From: Octopus sinensis
Lineage: Eukaryota
Direction of reading: 5' to 3'
Length of the DNA: 64,000 nucleotides
Assembly (NCBI RefSeq): GCF_006345805.1
Contig: NW_021833059.1
Coordinates: 186,001 to 250,000 of the forward strand
Shown: piece after piece, positions 26,071-38,349 of the stretch
How positions within the stretch are numbered: the stretch's first letter is position 1
Layout: the number at the start of each line of letters is the position of its first letter
Notes under the pieces: model-generated
Told to the model about the DNA's origin: nothing
Database searches by the model: none
Seen by the model: only the letters and a program-made list of their open reading frames with translations
Position numbers and translations under genes: made by a program

Positions 26071-27039
26071 TATTTTATGAAAATTTTTTCGAATTAATGT
26101 TTTGAATCTATCTATGTAAAAAAGGAGTTATAACTGTTGACTTTAGAAAATAATATTAATATTTTAGATTTTTCCTTATTTTTTTGCGTAAAAGTTTATT
26201 ATCTCAAACATTCAGGAAGAATCTATTGAATTAATAAACTCTCTCGAGATTCGATTTGGTAACAAACAAATTCTTACATGTTTTCCCATGGGACGTATAT
26301 TTTACCATAAAAGCTCCGCAATTAGTTAATTTTATAAAAATTTAATTTTCTAAGCGTCTTAAAGAAATTTTTTGAGAAGAATCATTGAAGAATGCCTTTT
26401 AGTAAATCAAATTATAGCGGCGTTTGTTGTTGTCCAAATTTCATTTCATTTGGGGAATTTATGGAACTGAAATCTATTATTTTTTGAAAATCATTAATGA
26501 ACATTTTTACATATTTTTAAACTTGCCTGAATATATACATTTTATTTTCAAACGTAAAAATGAATTTCATACAATATTTAATCGATTTTGTAAATATAAT
26601 TTATTTATTTTTGATAAATTTAATCTATTTATACTCTCCAAAATTCTAGAAATGAGATGATGTTTGTACAGATTGGCCAAAACGACATTCTTCAATATTT
26701 TCTTCTCATCGTCAAATAATACAATTTTTTGTTTCTCATCAGTTTTTTTATCACAAAAAATAATTTTTAGTTTTAACATTTGAAATTTTCTTTTAAAACA
26801 CAATATATTTAACAGTCTGTGTTCATTAAATATTCCAGTCTTAAGCAGTCTTTATGATAATCCTCCAAAATTAGGTAAAATAAAGAATTTTTGGTCAAAA
26901 AATAAAATTATTTTAATTTTTGGTCAAAAAATAAAATTATTTTAATTATAACATTTGTCGAATATTTTTTATTTGGTAAGCCTACTAAAACGATAAAGTT
27001 TTCAGAATTAAATTATTTAAATGTTTAGCTTATTTCTAC

Positions 27040-27405
27040 TATTAAGTTCTCTCATCATTACCTCACTTTAAATCGCCAAACAAATGTACGACGCTCTGAA
27101 TCTACTCAACTTTTATTTTGTATTTTTAAATAGCCTATTGTCATTTGTGACAAATCTAGTAGATATCCTTCCCTAATCTTTTTTATGGATGAGAGGGAAT
27201 TTGAGTTAAGGCCGGAGCATCACATGAAACATGTAATAATACCATAGCTTGGTTTGAATCTGTGCTATGTGGGAATACAGGGAATAAGTTTCCTGCCATT
27301 TAACAGTTTAATATTGGGCGATACATTTTTGAGTCGTTTCTATTCCGTCTACGATTTTGAAAATGACCGAATTGGCTTTGCTGATGCTAGAAATCAACTA
27401 ACTTT
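27040..27405 (+). pseudogene. Pepsin/cathepsin D-E family aspartic protease, C-terminal fragment
   Basis: ICDKSSRYPSLIF...FELRPEH...ILGDTFLSRFYSVYDFENDRIGFA. No DTG catalytic motif or N-terminal lobe is recognisable upstream. Confidence 0.7.
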
Positions 27406-27929
27406 GATTTATAGTTTTTGGATTTACTAACACGTTTCATTTCTATTGTCATTAATTTGACTTATTTGACAAAAATTTATTTATGATACAAAAAAACCAT
27501 TTCCTGTATTGAGGAGTCTTCTCGTCACAAGCCGAATGATTCGGATAGCCTCGCCAGAACTGTCTATGGCAAAATCGAGTTATCTTCTTGGACTGTTCTT
27601 TCTGGTTTACAAACAAGGATAACTTCTTACATAATGTGCTTATTACGGGCCTTTGGAAGGCCTGCTATATAACTGTGCTGTTTTTTATTATTAGAAATGT
27701 TTACAAGGTTGTTCGATGCTGTCTTAAATTTAGATCTCTGTGACATTACAAATCTCCTGGATTTAGACTGCCGAAGTTTCTAAATGCGGTTTCTCGGAAA
27801 TTTTTTGCTATAAAAATGGATATTTTAATTTCGTTAGCTTTTTTATAAAATTGTTTTGTTAAATGTGACCCCCAAAAAAATTCAAATAAATTAAACTTGT
27901 CTCCGATCAAAAAAGATTAAAACAGTGTG

Positions 27930-28250
27930 CTAAGATATCATTAAATGCCATAATTATTAATATTGAGCTAATTTCCATTAGCTGTATTGAATTTTTAAGA
28001 TTTCCACCTCTTTTTCCACTGCTGCAGTAATTCTTTGGTTGTTGATATGACACACATTTTTGCTGTGAATAAAAAAGCTGAGTCATCAGAACCAGAGACT
28101 TTATTCCCAATAAATCTAATTAAAATATAACCTGAGACTTTATAGAGTTGACACAGAATGCGTAAATACAACATTAATGAATTATGTTGAATACTACTCA
28201 TTTGTTTCCGAAAATCAACTTGGTTGTAAAAGAATATGTCAAGGTGCTAA
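27930..28250 (-). mobile_element. Very degenerate RTE-like RT fragment
   Basis: AFLFTAKMCVISTTKELLQQW resembles LFADDxVxxxxxxEELQ. Confidence 0.35.
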
Positions 28251-28429
28251 AGAACTGGCACTGATTTCAATAAAATATCGCCTCAATTCTTAGTTTTTTG
28301 TAGTTTATTGTATTTTTAGTATATTTGCTAATTCCAAATTGTGATCAATTTTAGCGACCTCTAGAATTAAAATATTTTTAGAAACTTGTAATTTCAGCTT
28401 TTAGCTGCGATTCTTGACACATTTGTGTT

Positions 28430-28720
28430 TTTCCCCTCTTTGGTTAATTTAGTTAATTTTATATAATCAACAATTTCAGGAGCAATGTATTCGCTGTTTT
28501 TACAAGCCATTGCTTGATGAAATCAACATCACAATATGATTTTCCATTTACTGCAAGCATTCTGCTGATCTATTGAATAGATCGTATTTATGGCATTTCT
28601 CGACCTGTTTTAGGTGGTCTTGGGAAGTGATTCCCACTTCGATGAGAGTAATTTCATTCATGATTTTGTCGTACACAAATATGTCAGGCTTGTTGCACTG
28701 AATATTCGTGTCTGTAATTA
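28430..28720 (-). mobile_element. R4/Dong-like retroelement restriction-like endonuclease fragment
   Basis: NKPDIFVYDKIMNEITLIEVGITSQDHLKQVE..KYDL (PD-(D/E)xK). Confidence 0.7.
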
Positions 28721-29009
28721 TTTGAGAAATAATATTTTAATAATAAGATAAATTTTAACGTTTAAATGTTTATTTAGAGCACCCTTACGTTCTTTCTTAT
28801 TGTTGTCTACAGAACGGGACCCCGAGTCGATCAGCAATGATGAGGAAAATAAGTCTACACAGGTCAACAGCCATTTAATAAAAATTAGGTCCGTAATCCA
28901 CACCCTTTTGGAACTGAGAGAAAAGTTTAATTTTTATAAAAATTCTTAAAATGTTAAATTTGAGCATTCGTTAACCAGTAGCGCTCGGTAACCAGCAGCG
29001 CCTGTGACA
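28720..29009 (-). mobile_element. Third Ginger-like element: one terminus plus deleted integrase
   Basis: Reverse complement begins TGTCACA followed by two ~17-bp tandem units (GCGCTGCTGGTTACCGA / GCGCTACTGGTTAACGA). Internal KWLLTCVDLFS motif. Confidence 0.55.
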
Positions 29010-29211
29010 TATTGCACGTCTAATATGGTCTGATTGAACAAGTTCGAATAGAATAGGTTGTTTAGATTGCGTGTTTGAATATTAAGCAGAGTGAACTAAT
29101 ATTTTCTTACAATAATCATTTGATAAATACTATGATCGTATTATATTGCACGCCTAATATGGTGTGATTGAACAAGTATGATTGGGAAAAAACATTGATT
29201 TATAAAGGGAA

Positions 29212-32200
29212 TCATACCACATCACCAAAAGCCCCCATTTTGCGAATACAGTCGACGACATGAGGTCTCCTAGCAGGTGGACATTGCTCAATCAACGAAT
29301 TCATCTACAATCACAACACGAATATACAATCGTCGGATTCTGCAAAGCAAAATTCTTCAACATTTGAGCAAAATAATCAGAATGACTCACCCCACTAATC
29401 AAATCAACATTGACAGACCCCGCAGACTCCAATATGGACAAGGACAGTTTAAAGTTATCTAAACAACCCTCCCATCGAGAATAAACCGTCCTGGAGAGTT
29501 AAATGCTCAATCCTCATGTCGATGTAGTGCTGTCGCTTATTGACAGACGGCTCAGGGTGGATCATGTTGATGGCATTGACCATAAAAGCACTCCTAAAAT
29601 GACAATCCCTCTCTACCAATAGGAGTGGAATGTCTGATCGACGTACAAGGAGGGGGTGTCGAACAACAATTTAGACAGACCCACGAAATATATATTCCGT
29701 TCAATGTGGTCATTAAATACGACCATCCGAGAGTAAATATGTTTACTAATAAACACCAATGGCCTACAGATGAGAGGACAGACATACGCCAACTCACATG
29801 TCTTGGCAAGCAGGGACATGACAAAGGCCGACCCAAACAGGCCAACCACATTAAAGAAGAATATTCTAAACACTCCCAATACAATATAATTATACTTTTT
29901 TTATATGTCAATATTTTAGTCTGACAAAAGCGAGTGATGAGTGACTTGAACATGTCCTCGAATAACCCCATCGACTCACTCGGCCAGGCCTGGAGGACCA
30001 CGGCCAGAAAGGCAAAGCCATATCGCTCAAAGCCACACATCTTGATGGGGGAATATGCCATATTAAACAAGACGGGCTACACTCACACACACACTCAACC
30101 ATCTGGGAGGACAGGAATGTGGAATCCACGTATATATATGCCTTCATAATGCGGAAGAATGAGGGAATCAGTTCGACTGTCTCGTGGAATGTCCCCTTCA
30201 CCAAAAACAACATGAAATTGCGGTAGACCTCAGACAGCCCCCCCTTTGGGTGTTGTTCTATGAGGACTGCCATCACTTGGAGGGCGTAGGGTTGGAGGTC
30301 TACCATTATAAACACCCCCACCTGCAATATCCCCAGCAAACACCTTTTCGAACTGTTGGAGACACATCTGGTTGTAATATGCGAGGACAGAAGGACTGTC
30401 CCCACCCACCAGGAACTGACACAACACCTCAAAGAAGTAGTGAATAAACATGGACTTTGATGGGTTCTACTCATCCCCCACTCACACCTACCGATATTAT
30501 CGAGGGCAGTCGGTCTCGGATGTACTCTCCCATGCACTGGTCTTTGCTCACTTTCCCCACTCTCATCACACTCTGCATTGCATAAACGTTGTCCTCACTC
30601 CTCGACAACACTCCCATCACTCCCGGGTAATATACACTCACAAACTGCTCTATATTCCCCCCCATTACTCTATTATACTCACACTACACTCACTCTGGCA
30701 GGTATTTGTCGATCAGAATGGCTGCATATGAGTGCACTACCACCGTCGGAGAACGCATAAACAACACACATTTCTCCAATATTCCACATTTCTCTTCCAC
30801 AGTGAACTTTCTGTTACATAAATATTAAAAAACGTGATTTTTGAATGTGATGAGGAACTTGAGGAGGTCGGCCTTTATAAACCCACATTCTCGTCCACTC
30901 AGATCAGCCTCGCCTACAATAACAGGACATCCCAACTGGTTATGTTCAGTTCATTCTGCAATCGAGACATAAAAAACTGTTTTGGGTCCACCAAAGGGGC
31001 AGAGTTGGTCTTGGACTGTGAGGAGGCCAGGGAGGTGACCAACAGAATGGCCGCGTCCATCAATTTCCAGTTCTCCCGGGGATTCGAGTTGTACTTCTGC
31101 CAGTAGAAGGGCTGACTGACCTCAAGTAGCCGGTCTATGTAGCCTGATAGGGTTTTGCACACACGTGACTCATCTATTGAACATAGGGTGGTTAATAGTT
31201 CCACTCCCGCCTTTCTTCTAGTGCGGAAATCTGGCGGGAATAATTGTTCTAGAACATACTAGAACATTCTAGATCCCGCTCAATGTATTCGAAAGGCCCA
31301 TCAAAGAATAAAGCACATTCATAATCTGAAATATATAAATTAAATAAACCATTTAATTGTAGAGAAGGCACAATAATGTCAGTACAGATGGACTCTATTC
31401 TCCCAGGGTTATCAAAGAATGTTTTATATGGATAATCTGCCCCCACAGTGGACAAGTAGTACAATCCACTCGAAGCCAGCTATTTAACTATACAATATCA
31501 GCCCCACAGAATCACATTCCACCTCACACGGCAAAGGGAGGACCAGTCTCCACACAGACTCAGCAAAGGGGAACACACAGGCGTGAAACTCGTCAGTATA
31601 TCGAGACAAGTACAGCTGAATGCACTCACAAATATGTCTCTGTACTTTCATCAGCACTTTTTGAGTACTCTACACTGAAGGGGTATATATACTGGGCACA
31701 CTGAACTGAGGGGAATCATTATTAACGAGTTAAACCCTTCCATCCACACTCCCATGTTGTCCTCAAAAAAGGCGGGAATATCCTAACAAAAACATTATTT
31801 TAAAAAAACCTGAAAATTAAGACTATAAAACATTTTGACACAAAGAACAAGTATTTCATACACATCCACACAACTCGGGTCATGTGGAGACATTCCCGCC
31901 AATTTCTGCCACAATTTCTATAAAATCAATAAAAATAATCAAAACAGTAAAAATCGATAAAAGTGGTTGGGCAAATTCCTTCAAAGAGAAGAGGATTTCA
32001 GTCCACAGTTCATCCGAGCGAGATTCATAACAATAACTAAAATAAAACACAAATTAAACCGCTTAAAAATTAGGTCAACCACTCTAAACAAATCTTTGAC
32101 ACTTTTTAAAGAAAGTGCGGGAAGTTTGGCCACAATCGAGGTGAGCAAGGCGGGCCAGTTGTCGGGGTAGTCGATGAGGCAGATCGAGTTGACCGTCTCT

Positions 32201-32609
32201 GCTAACTGAGGTCATAAAAACATAAAAACTTGTTTTTTGACAGACTCAGGACTGATAACCAACAAGTCGATGATTTTTGATTTTATGTCGTTTTTGGAGT
32301 CTGGTGAGACCTTATTCCGGGAGTCGTCGTTCTGGGAGTTGTGGAGGGGGGTATACGAATTTGTAGTGTTTGGTCACGTAGTTTTTGAGGGTTATTGCAG
32401 CCAAAAGGCGGGTATTCTCAGGGAAATTACAATTTGATGTTATTTGGAGAAGAATAGAGCCATAATGTGCTAAATTTGACTCTGCTTGGGTTATGAACTC
32501 AGTGGCTGTGGTTTGGAGGGAGTCTGTTACCTGTGCTTCTGACCTGTGGGTCATGGTGGCAGGCGTTCTCGAGATTGGAAGCAATCTGGACTACATATTG
32601 GTCTCCCAT
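29212..32609 (-). CDS. CSE1L: Exportin-2 / CSE1 (importin-alpha re-exporter), many micro-introns
   Basis: IBN_N motif RLLAAITLKNY, DYPDNWP, YESRSDELWTEI, FEYIERDLE, NWKLMDAAILLVTSLAS, EDNVYAMQSVMR, PYALQVMAVLIE, VGLSKLL. Some single-base indels. Confidence 0.92.
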
Positions 32610-32873
32610 GTTCTATATATAAGGACACACAATAAACACGATGTATTAAATTTTATTTAATGATTTATTTTATTTTTTGGTTTTATTAATAAATAAACAA
32701 TTAATGAATAATATTTTGAATGAATTAGCTAACTTAAATTTTACTTGTTCATAATTTATTATAATTTTTATTTTTAAAATTACAAAATTAAAAATTGAGT
32801 TAATTAATTATTTTAATTCGATTATATATTTATAAAAATATTAATTCATTGTGATTAATAATTGTTGTACCTA

Positions 32874-33482
32874 ATGCTTAGATGTTCTTTAAATAGACTG
32901 TTAAATATATACAGACCAATATCTACTCATCACCAGAATAGTAAGAAAGTACCATCTCTGGTGGCCAAAATCCGAAACTCTTTCCTACCACTGAGAAATC
33001 ACACAAATACACGTCTATTACATAGAACTGGCCCGCAATTAAAGGCAATTTTTGGACATTCAGCCAGAACGCAGACAGCATTGAATCAAATGCCTATTAG
33101 TAGCCCGCATTTAAAGGCAATAATATGGCACCCAACGAGAACTCACGCTACTCTATTTCAAATGCATAGAACTGGCCCGTTAAAGCGAAGACGTAAGAAG
33201 AGAAGTATAATGAAGGGAAAACCATTTATTAAAGGAATTGTAATAAAAACACTCGTTCGTAAACCAAAGAAGCCTAATTCTGCGAATAGAAAATGTGTGA
33301 GTGTTCGACTGACTGATGGCCGGACTGTGATTGCCTACGTGCCTGGGGAGAGACACACACTCCAAGAACACGACACTGTTCTTGTCAGGGGAGGAAAGCT
33401 TAAGGATGTGGCTCATGTTTGGCTAAAGGTGGTGAGAGGTAAATATGATTGTGCTCATGTGGGGAAGAAGAAAAACGTTTAA
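32874..33482 (+). CDS. MRPS12: Mitochondrial ribosomal protein uS12m, intronless, with a repeat-expanded N-terminus
   Basis: Basic presequence MLRCSLNRLL, QMHRTGP, RKPKKPNSANRKC, HTLQEH, VVRGKYDC.HV. Confidence 0.95.
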   Translation: MLRCSLNRLLNIYRPISTHHQNSKKVPSLVAKIRNSFLPLRNHTNTRLLHRTGPQLKAIFGHSARTQTALNQMPISSPHLKAIIWHPTRTHATLFQMHRTGPLKRRRKKRSIMKGKPFIKGIVIKTLVRKPKKPNSANRKCVSVRLTDGRTVIAYVPGERHTLQEHDTVLVRGGKLKDVAHVWLKVVRGKYDCAHVGKKKNV

Positions 33483-33552
33483 TAATAATTTTTTTGATTA
33501 AATTTGATTTTTAATTAATTTAAAATAAATTTAAATAAAAGGTGTTGTTGTG

Positions 33553-33789
33553 ATGTCCTCAATCAAGTAGGGACAGAGGTGTAATTATGTAGGAATGTTC
33601 TTGTAAAGCTGGTAAGTACAGCAGGGACGGGTCACACTATACTGAAGATAAGGTCAAAGACTATGGACAAGCTTGAATTGATCAGCTATGATCCCTGGGG
33701 TAACCAATGTGAAATTTATACTAGCGAGACAAAAATGTGTGTATAAGGAGACTGCGAAACTTCATACATTAAAAAGGCGACATAAATAA
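33553..33789 (+). CDS. MRPL33: Mitochondrial ribosomal protein bL33m, 3 exons (absent from the ORF track)
   Basis: Spliced product MSSIKNVLVKLVSTAGTGHTILKIRSKTMDKLELISYDPWARQKCVYKETAKLHTLKRRHK; introns 26 and 25 nt. Confidence 0.88.
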
Positions 33790-33874
33790 CCGAATATTGT
33801 TTTTTTATAAATTAATTTTAATTTATAAATTAATTAATAAATTTATTTATTTAATCAGTTTGTTGTGGGGCTAA

Positions 33875-34169
33875 ATGACTCGAAAGAAGAAGAGTTCTAA
33901 AGTAGTGAACAAAAAGCGTGTGCTGGAACCATTAGAGCGATATTTTGACTGCCCCTTTTGTAACCACGAGAAAAGCTGTGCTGTAAAAATGTATGAATAT
34001 TTTAACCATGAGGGACCATGTGAGGAATGTTGGGTCAGTGAGTTGTGGTGTATGCCAAGAGAAGTTTCAGTGCATTATCAATTGTAGTGGTATCCCTATA
34101 CTCCTAGACTTGAGTGAGGCAATCGACGTCTACGGGGAGTGGATTGATGCTTGTGAAGCAGTCAATTAA
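33875..34169 (+). CDS. ELOF1: Transcription elongation factor 1 homolog, 3 exons
   Basis: [12 protein letters not shown]...[29 protein letters not shown]; introns 22 and 24 nt. Confidence 0.95.
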
Positions 34170-34639
34170 TTACTTTTTTAATTATTTTATGTCTTTTATT
34201 GTAAATAATTATATAAGTAATCCCACTATATAGACGGTCCTTTACACGACTTGTGTCTAACAACACGTGGACACAACAAGGAGTCATAATTTAAATGAAT
34301 CAATTGTAAAATTAATTTATTTTTAAATTGTTGTTGTTGCAATAAATATTATTGACATTGGTAGAGTTTTGCTGACGTTGAAATAGAATCGTAAATTCTT
34401 TTTATTGTGTGTGAATATACGAGATTACAGACACTTCAATACAACATCGATTTGAACAAGCTTTGGAATATAATTGTCGGGAAACAGAAAACATCGGAGA
34501 AAGTTTTATTGATTCGGATATTGTGGAAAATGCGATTTCGGAGAATTTCTGGGATGATAACAGTAGTGATGAAAAGGACTTCAGCGAACAATTTATGGAC
34601 ATTTGGATGATCAACAACATCTAACCACTGCCTGACTTG

Positions 34640-35280
34640 ACCATAGCCCTCAGTGCCCAATCGAATCTTTACGGCAATCATATCTTTAAAGACTCCCAGA
34701 CCACCCAATTCCTACCACTCACACGGTACAGAATGACTCGACACAACTCTTCCTTATATATATCCTCGGGAATGTCCATCAATTTAGCCACAGCCCGACA
34801 TTTTCCAAAATCTTCAAAGACACTCTCAACTTAGAGGACTAGCAATTTCAGTAGGCAGAAACAACCATTCTATTAACATATCGAACTCTGCTCTCCTCTT
34901 CAAAGCATTAATCTGGTCTTCAATCGCGACGTGTCTTGATAATTCCAGTTTCTGTTGATTCAGTAAGATATCTCTTTCACTATCATTTAGACTTCTCACT
35001 TCAGTCTCTGCTCTTCTCAGTTTTTCTGTGTTAATTTTATTCAAATTGTCTTTCTAAACACGAAAAGTAGATTCTAACGCAACCAATCTCATTTCTGCCT
35101 GTCTGAGATCATCTCAGATGCTTTGTCTGCTTGCATGACCAGTTTCGCTGTTTCTTCAGTCATTTCCTGCCTCTGCTGTGATGGTTTACTCAATTCCTCG
35201 AGTTGGCGAATAAAGTGACCGATGATTTTGAGAGCAAATCTTCGGGCCTGTTTTCAATAAGCCAATTCTCAACGGTTTAT
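34640..35280 (-). mobile_element. Possible gypsy gag-like coiled-coil remnant
   Basis: Helical, charged reading with ESVFEDFGKCRAVAKLMDIP; interrupted by stops. Confidence 0.3.
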
Positions 35281-35289
35281 AGTTATTGC

Positions 35290-36470
35290 TAGATGTCGAA
35301 AGAAGCTGATATATAATCTGCGTGTTTAGAAGCAATAATAGACAATGTCAAGTTGTTTGGCCCATTAGCCGGAAAGTCACGCAAATATAAGCTGAGGGGG
35401 ACAACACATAACCTTTTGGTACCCCATTTGGAAGATAGCGATGTTTTGAACTGTGATCCATAAGGGAAACGTATCCCATTCGACCCGATAAGAAGATTGA
35501 AAGCCAAAATTTGAGGTTTGGGTCTGTCTCTGGAATTTTGTTGATGACTCCACACAGAGAGACGCTGTAAACGTTTTTGAGATATTGATCGAAACTAGAA
35601 TTGTTAGTTTTGGTGGTTGCCTCTCATTGAAGCCGTCCAGGACAATTCGCAAAGTGTTGTTAAGTGAATAGTTGTTGAGTGTAGTGGCTTAAATCCATGT
35701 TGAGTAAGGAAAGTTAGCAAATGTTGGATATTTGGGCAAGGATTAGTCTGTCAAGGAGTTTAGCTAGCGTATATAGACGAGAGATTGGGCAGTAGAAACT
35801 TAAATGTTAGCCGTTTTGTTTGGTTTGATGAATGGAATGATACATGATTTCTTCCAAAGGGGTGGTATTTCGTTTTTTGCAACAGAATTGTCGAAAATAA
35901 AGACTATTGCTGCATTAGGGCAAGTCTTTGAGATGATAGATTGAAATGTTGTCAGGGCCAGTTACAGGGGAGTTTTGTGAGTTTATAATGCACTGCGAGA
36001 TTTTATCTGCAGTGAAAGTCGGTGTACAATCTTTCGAAGGAAGTCTTCTAAAAGATTTGGCGACTTTCCGGTTGTTTTGTTAATGTTTTGTGACTTAATG
36101 AAGTGTAATATTTCATTAGCGTGTTAGCCTGCTGAATCAAATTGAGTGGCGTACTTAAGTGGAGATGTGAAATAACAGACTCATCTGATTTTGGCTTTTC
36201 GAACATCTGTTCATTCATCCCATTAAGGGTTGACTAAATTTTAGAGAGTTGTAGCCGATTTATAGTAGCAATGATTTGTTTGTTTAGATTCTTCAGTTTT
36301 GTAAACAACTCGGCAGATTTACCATTTTCCCGTTTTAGTTTGTTACGTGTCTTTATAAGGGTTTTTATCTCATAGCTGTAACTTTGGGAGAAATTTTTTA
36401 TATTTCCTTGAAGAATGAATTTTTTGGAAGTGGAGATGATAATTGCATTAATAGACGGCATTTGATACCA
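35290..36470 (-). mobile_element. Degenerate Jockey/I-like LINE (tether + RT)
   Basis: TGPDNIS, IPPLWKKSCIIPFIKP, LAKLLDRLI, QHGFKPLHSTT, NGVP.G..LSP. Confidence 0.8.
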
Positions 36471-36567
36471 CCCGATATGGTTACATAACCTGCAATTACT
36501 CTACTTAATTACAACAGTCAAGTAATTAGTAGTAATAAGTCCGAACAAAGTTAGTAAATCACATTTC

Positions 36568-37096
36568 TTAGCACAATCCCATCAACGAACACAATTGTTG
36601 TGGTTGGGCATTCAAAATGTAATTGGCCGCAATTTTGATTTCATCACAGTAGTTAGGAAGCTCCTGACACCCATAGGCGATGGCCTCATCAATGTAGGAC
36701 TACGGACATGGCACTACTCCCACACCCTGAACATCTGGGACTGCAGAATGGAGACAATCTCCGTGCAGGTGGCACAGTAGGTGTCACTCTGGACTGCACA
36801 TGAGTTTATTCTCTCGCAGAATGTTTGGGGAATGAAGTGGAGATCATGGGTTATTCCTGTTTTTGAAAGCTTGGATTTATTTTTTATTAAAAATGCCAAA
36901 AAATCGAGAAATTGTTGTGAAGTGGCCAAGCATTGGTAGCAGGGATAGTCGTTCTAATGTATTATATGGGTGATTACGGTGGAGGGGTTGATGATCTCGA
37001 TTGACTAAATAGAGTTAATGAATAATGGGATTACGTTCACGAGAGTAATTAGTCCTATTATTGTTTAATAATAAAGGTACCGAGTAGAGCGATCAT
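36568..37096 (-). CDS. Secreted saposin-like protein (signal peptide, degenerate SapB, complete SapB), 5 exons
   Basis: Spliced product MIALLGLITLVN...CYQC...FCERINSC..DTYCATC...YGCQELPNYCDE...QQLCSLMGLC*, with the six-Cys SapB spacing in the C-terminal domain; introns 26, 30, 24 and 26 nt. Confidence 0.8.
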
Positions 37097-37499
37097 TTTT
37101 GTGGTTAGATTGGGAGTGTATTTAGTTTTGAAATATAGGTTAGTACATCTAAAAACAATTTTGTTAAAAATAATTAATTTTTAAATAATGAATGAAATAA
37201 TAAATAATCCAGATATGCCACCATCGGCGGTGGCACAATGATCGACGGTCTTCTTTCGCTTAGATATTTATGCTTCAAGTATTCTTAATAGTGACCAGAT
37301 GAGTTTTTACAGGATTTCTTGATGATTCCATTTACATACAGGATTTCTTGATGATTGTAATACTTAATCTTAAAAATTCTTGATCTATTTAAATATTACA
37401 GCCAGGTAGTCGGAGGGATTGCGAGGTAGTCAAGGAGCAGGCACAAGAGCTCACAGAAACTTACCAAGACTTAAGTTGCCTCCGTGGTTTTTGTTGCAA

Positions 37500-37780
37500 C
37501 TGTGATGGACAGGTGATATAGGTGAGGTTAAGCTGGAGAGTGGCATAGTACAAAGGGACAGTATGTCTACAATGGTGTTAGTCCTGGTAATCTATCGAAA
37601 AGTAATTATTAGTATATTAAATAATATAATTGCATATCATCTTAGGTGGTGATTGTTTTAAGAAAAGTTTTATTGGCCTTAAAAAGACTGCGAGTTTCAA
37701 AGATGACTCGTAGCCAGATATGAGGCCTAAATCAATGCATTGTCGTTACCCTGGTCTTCAAGTTTAGGCCTGGGACAGAT
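37500..37780 (+). mobile_element. Degenerate RT fragment
   Basis: VKLESGIVQRDSMSTMV resembles RGIxQGDSLSPLL. Confidence 0.35.
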
Positions 37781-38349
37781 ACGGTGCTACATATTTCTAA
37801 TTTAAAGCAAATCTCTCACGTTGATTTAACTGTTAAAGGCTCCACGGCATTATTCCTGAACCAAAGACAGTTATTAATTTTAAAATCAAGCACATGTCAC
37901 CAGAGAACACAGAAATCACACTTTGCTTCATCAATATCAGCTGCCAATTGCTTGAGAGCAGCATCTCAGTGATTATCAATTTAGAGGTCTTGCTTTAGGT
38001 TTTTTAAAGGTTTCTGATTGGCTAAAATCTTCCGTGCTATTTTTCCTTTTTGCAGCCTTTTGTTTTTTTGTCTTCAAAAGTTGCAAGAACTGATGATTCA
38101 GAAATAATTTGTCACGTCTCCTTCGTGAGGTTCGATATAGAGGTTTCTTATCAAATACTCTGAAGGGAATACAAGGTTGGGACGTCCACACTAGACAAAA
38201 TATAGTTACCAATTAAGCATCCCATCCTACTATTCACATCTTTAAAAAAGTAAAGTGTTGAAAATTTCAATAAGAGTTTTGCAAAGTTATCAAAAGCTTT
38301 CTGACTTGTCACTCGCCATCCATTTTTTGAGGATCTATAAGTGTTCTTG

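Noticed and set aside
26886-26945. Short direct repeats (about 29 bp x2 here; 20 bp x2 at ~37307-37355; 17 bp x2 at ~63345-63402) as CRISPR-like arrays
   Set aside because: Only two units each, no spacer series and no cas genes; ordinary local duplications.
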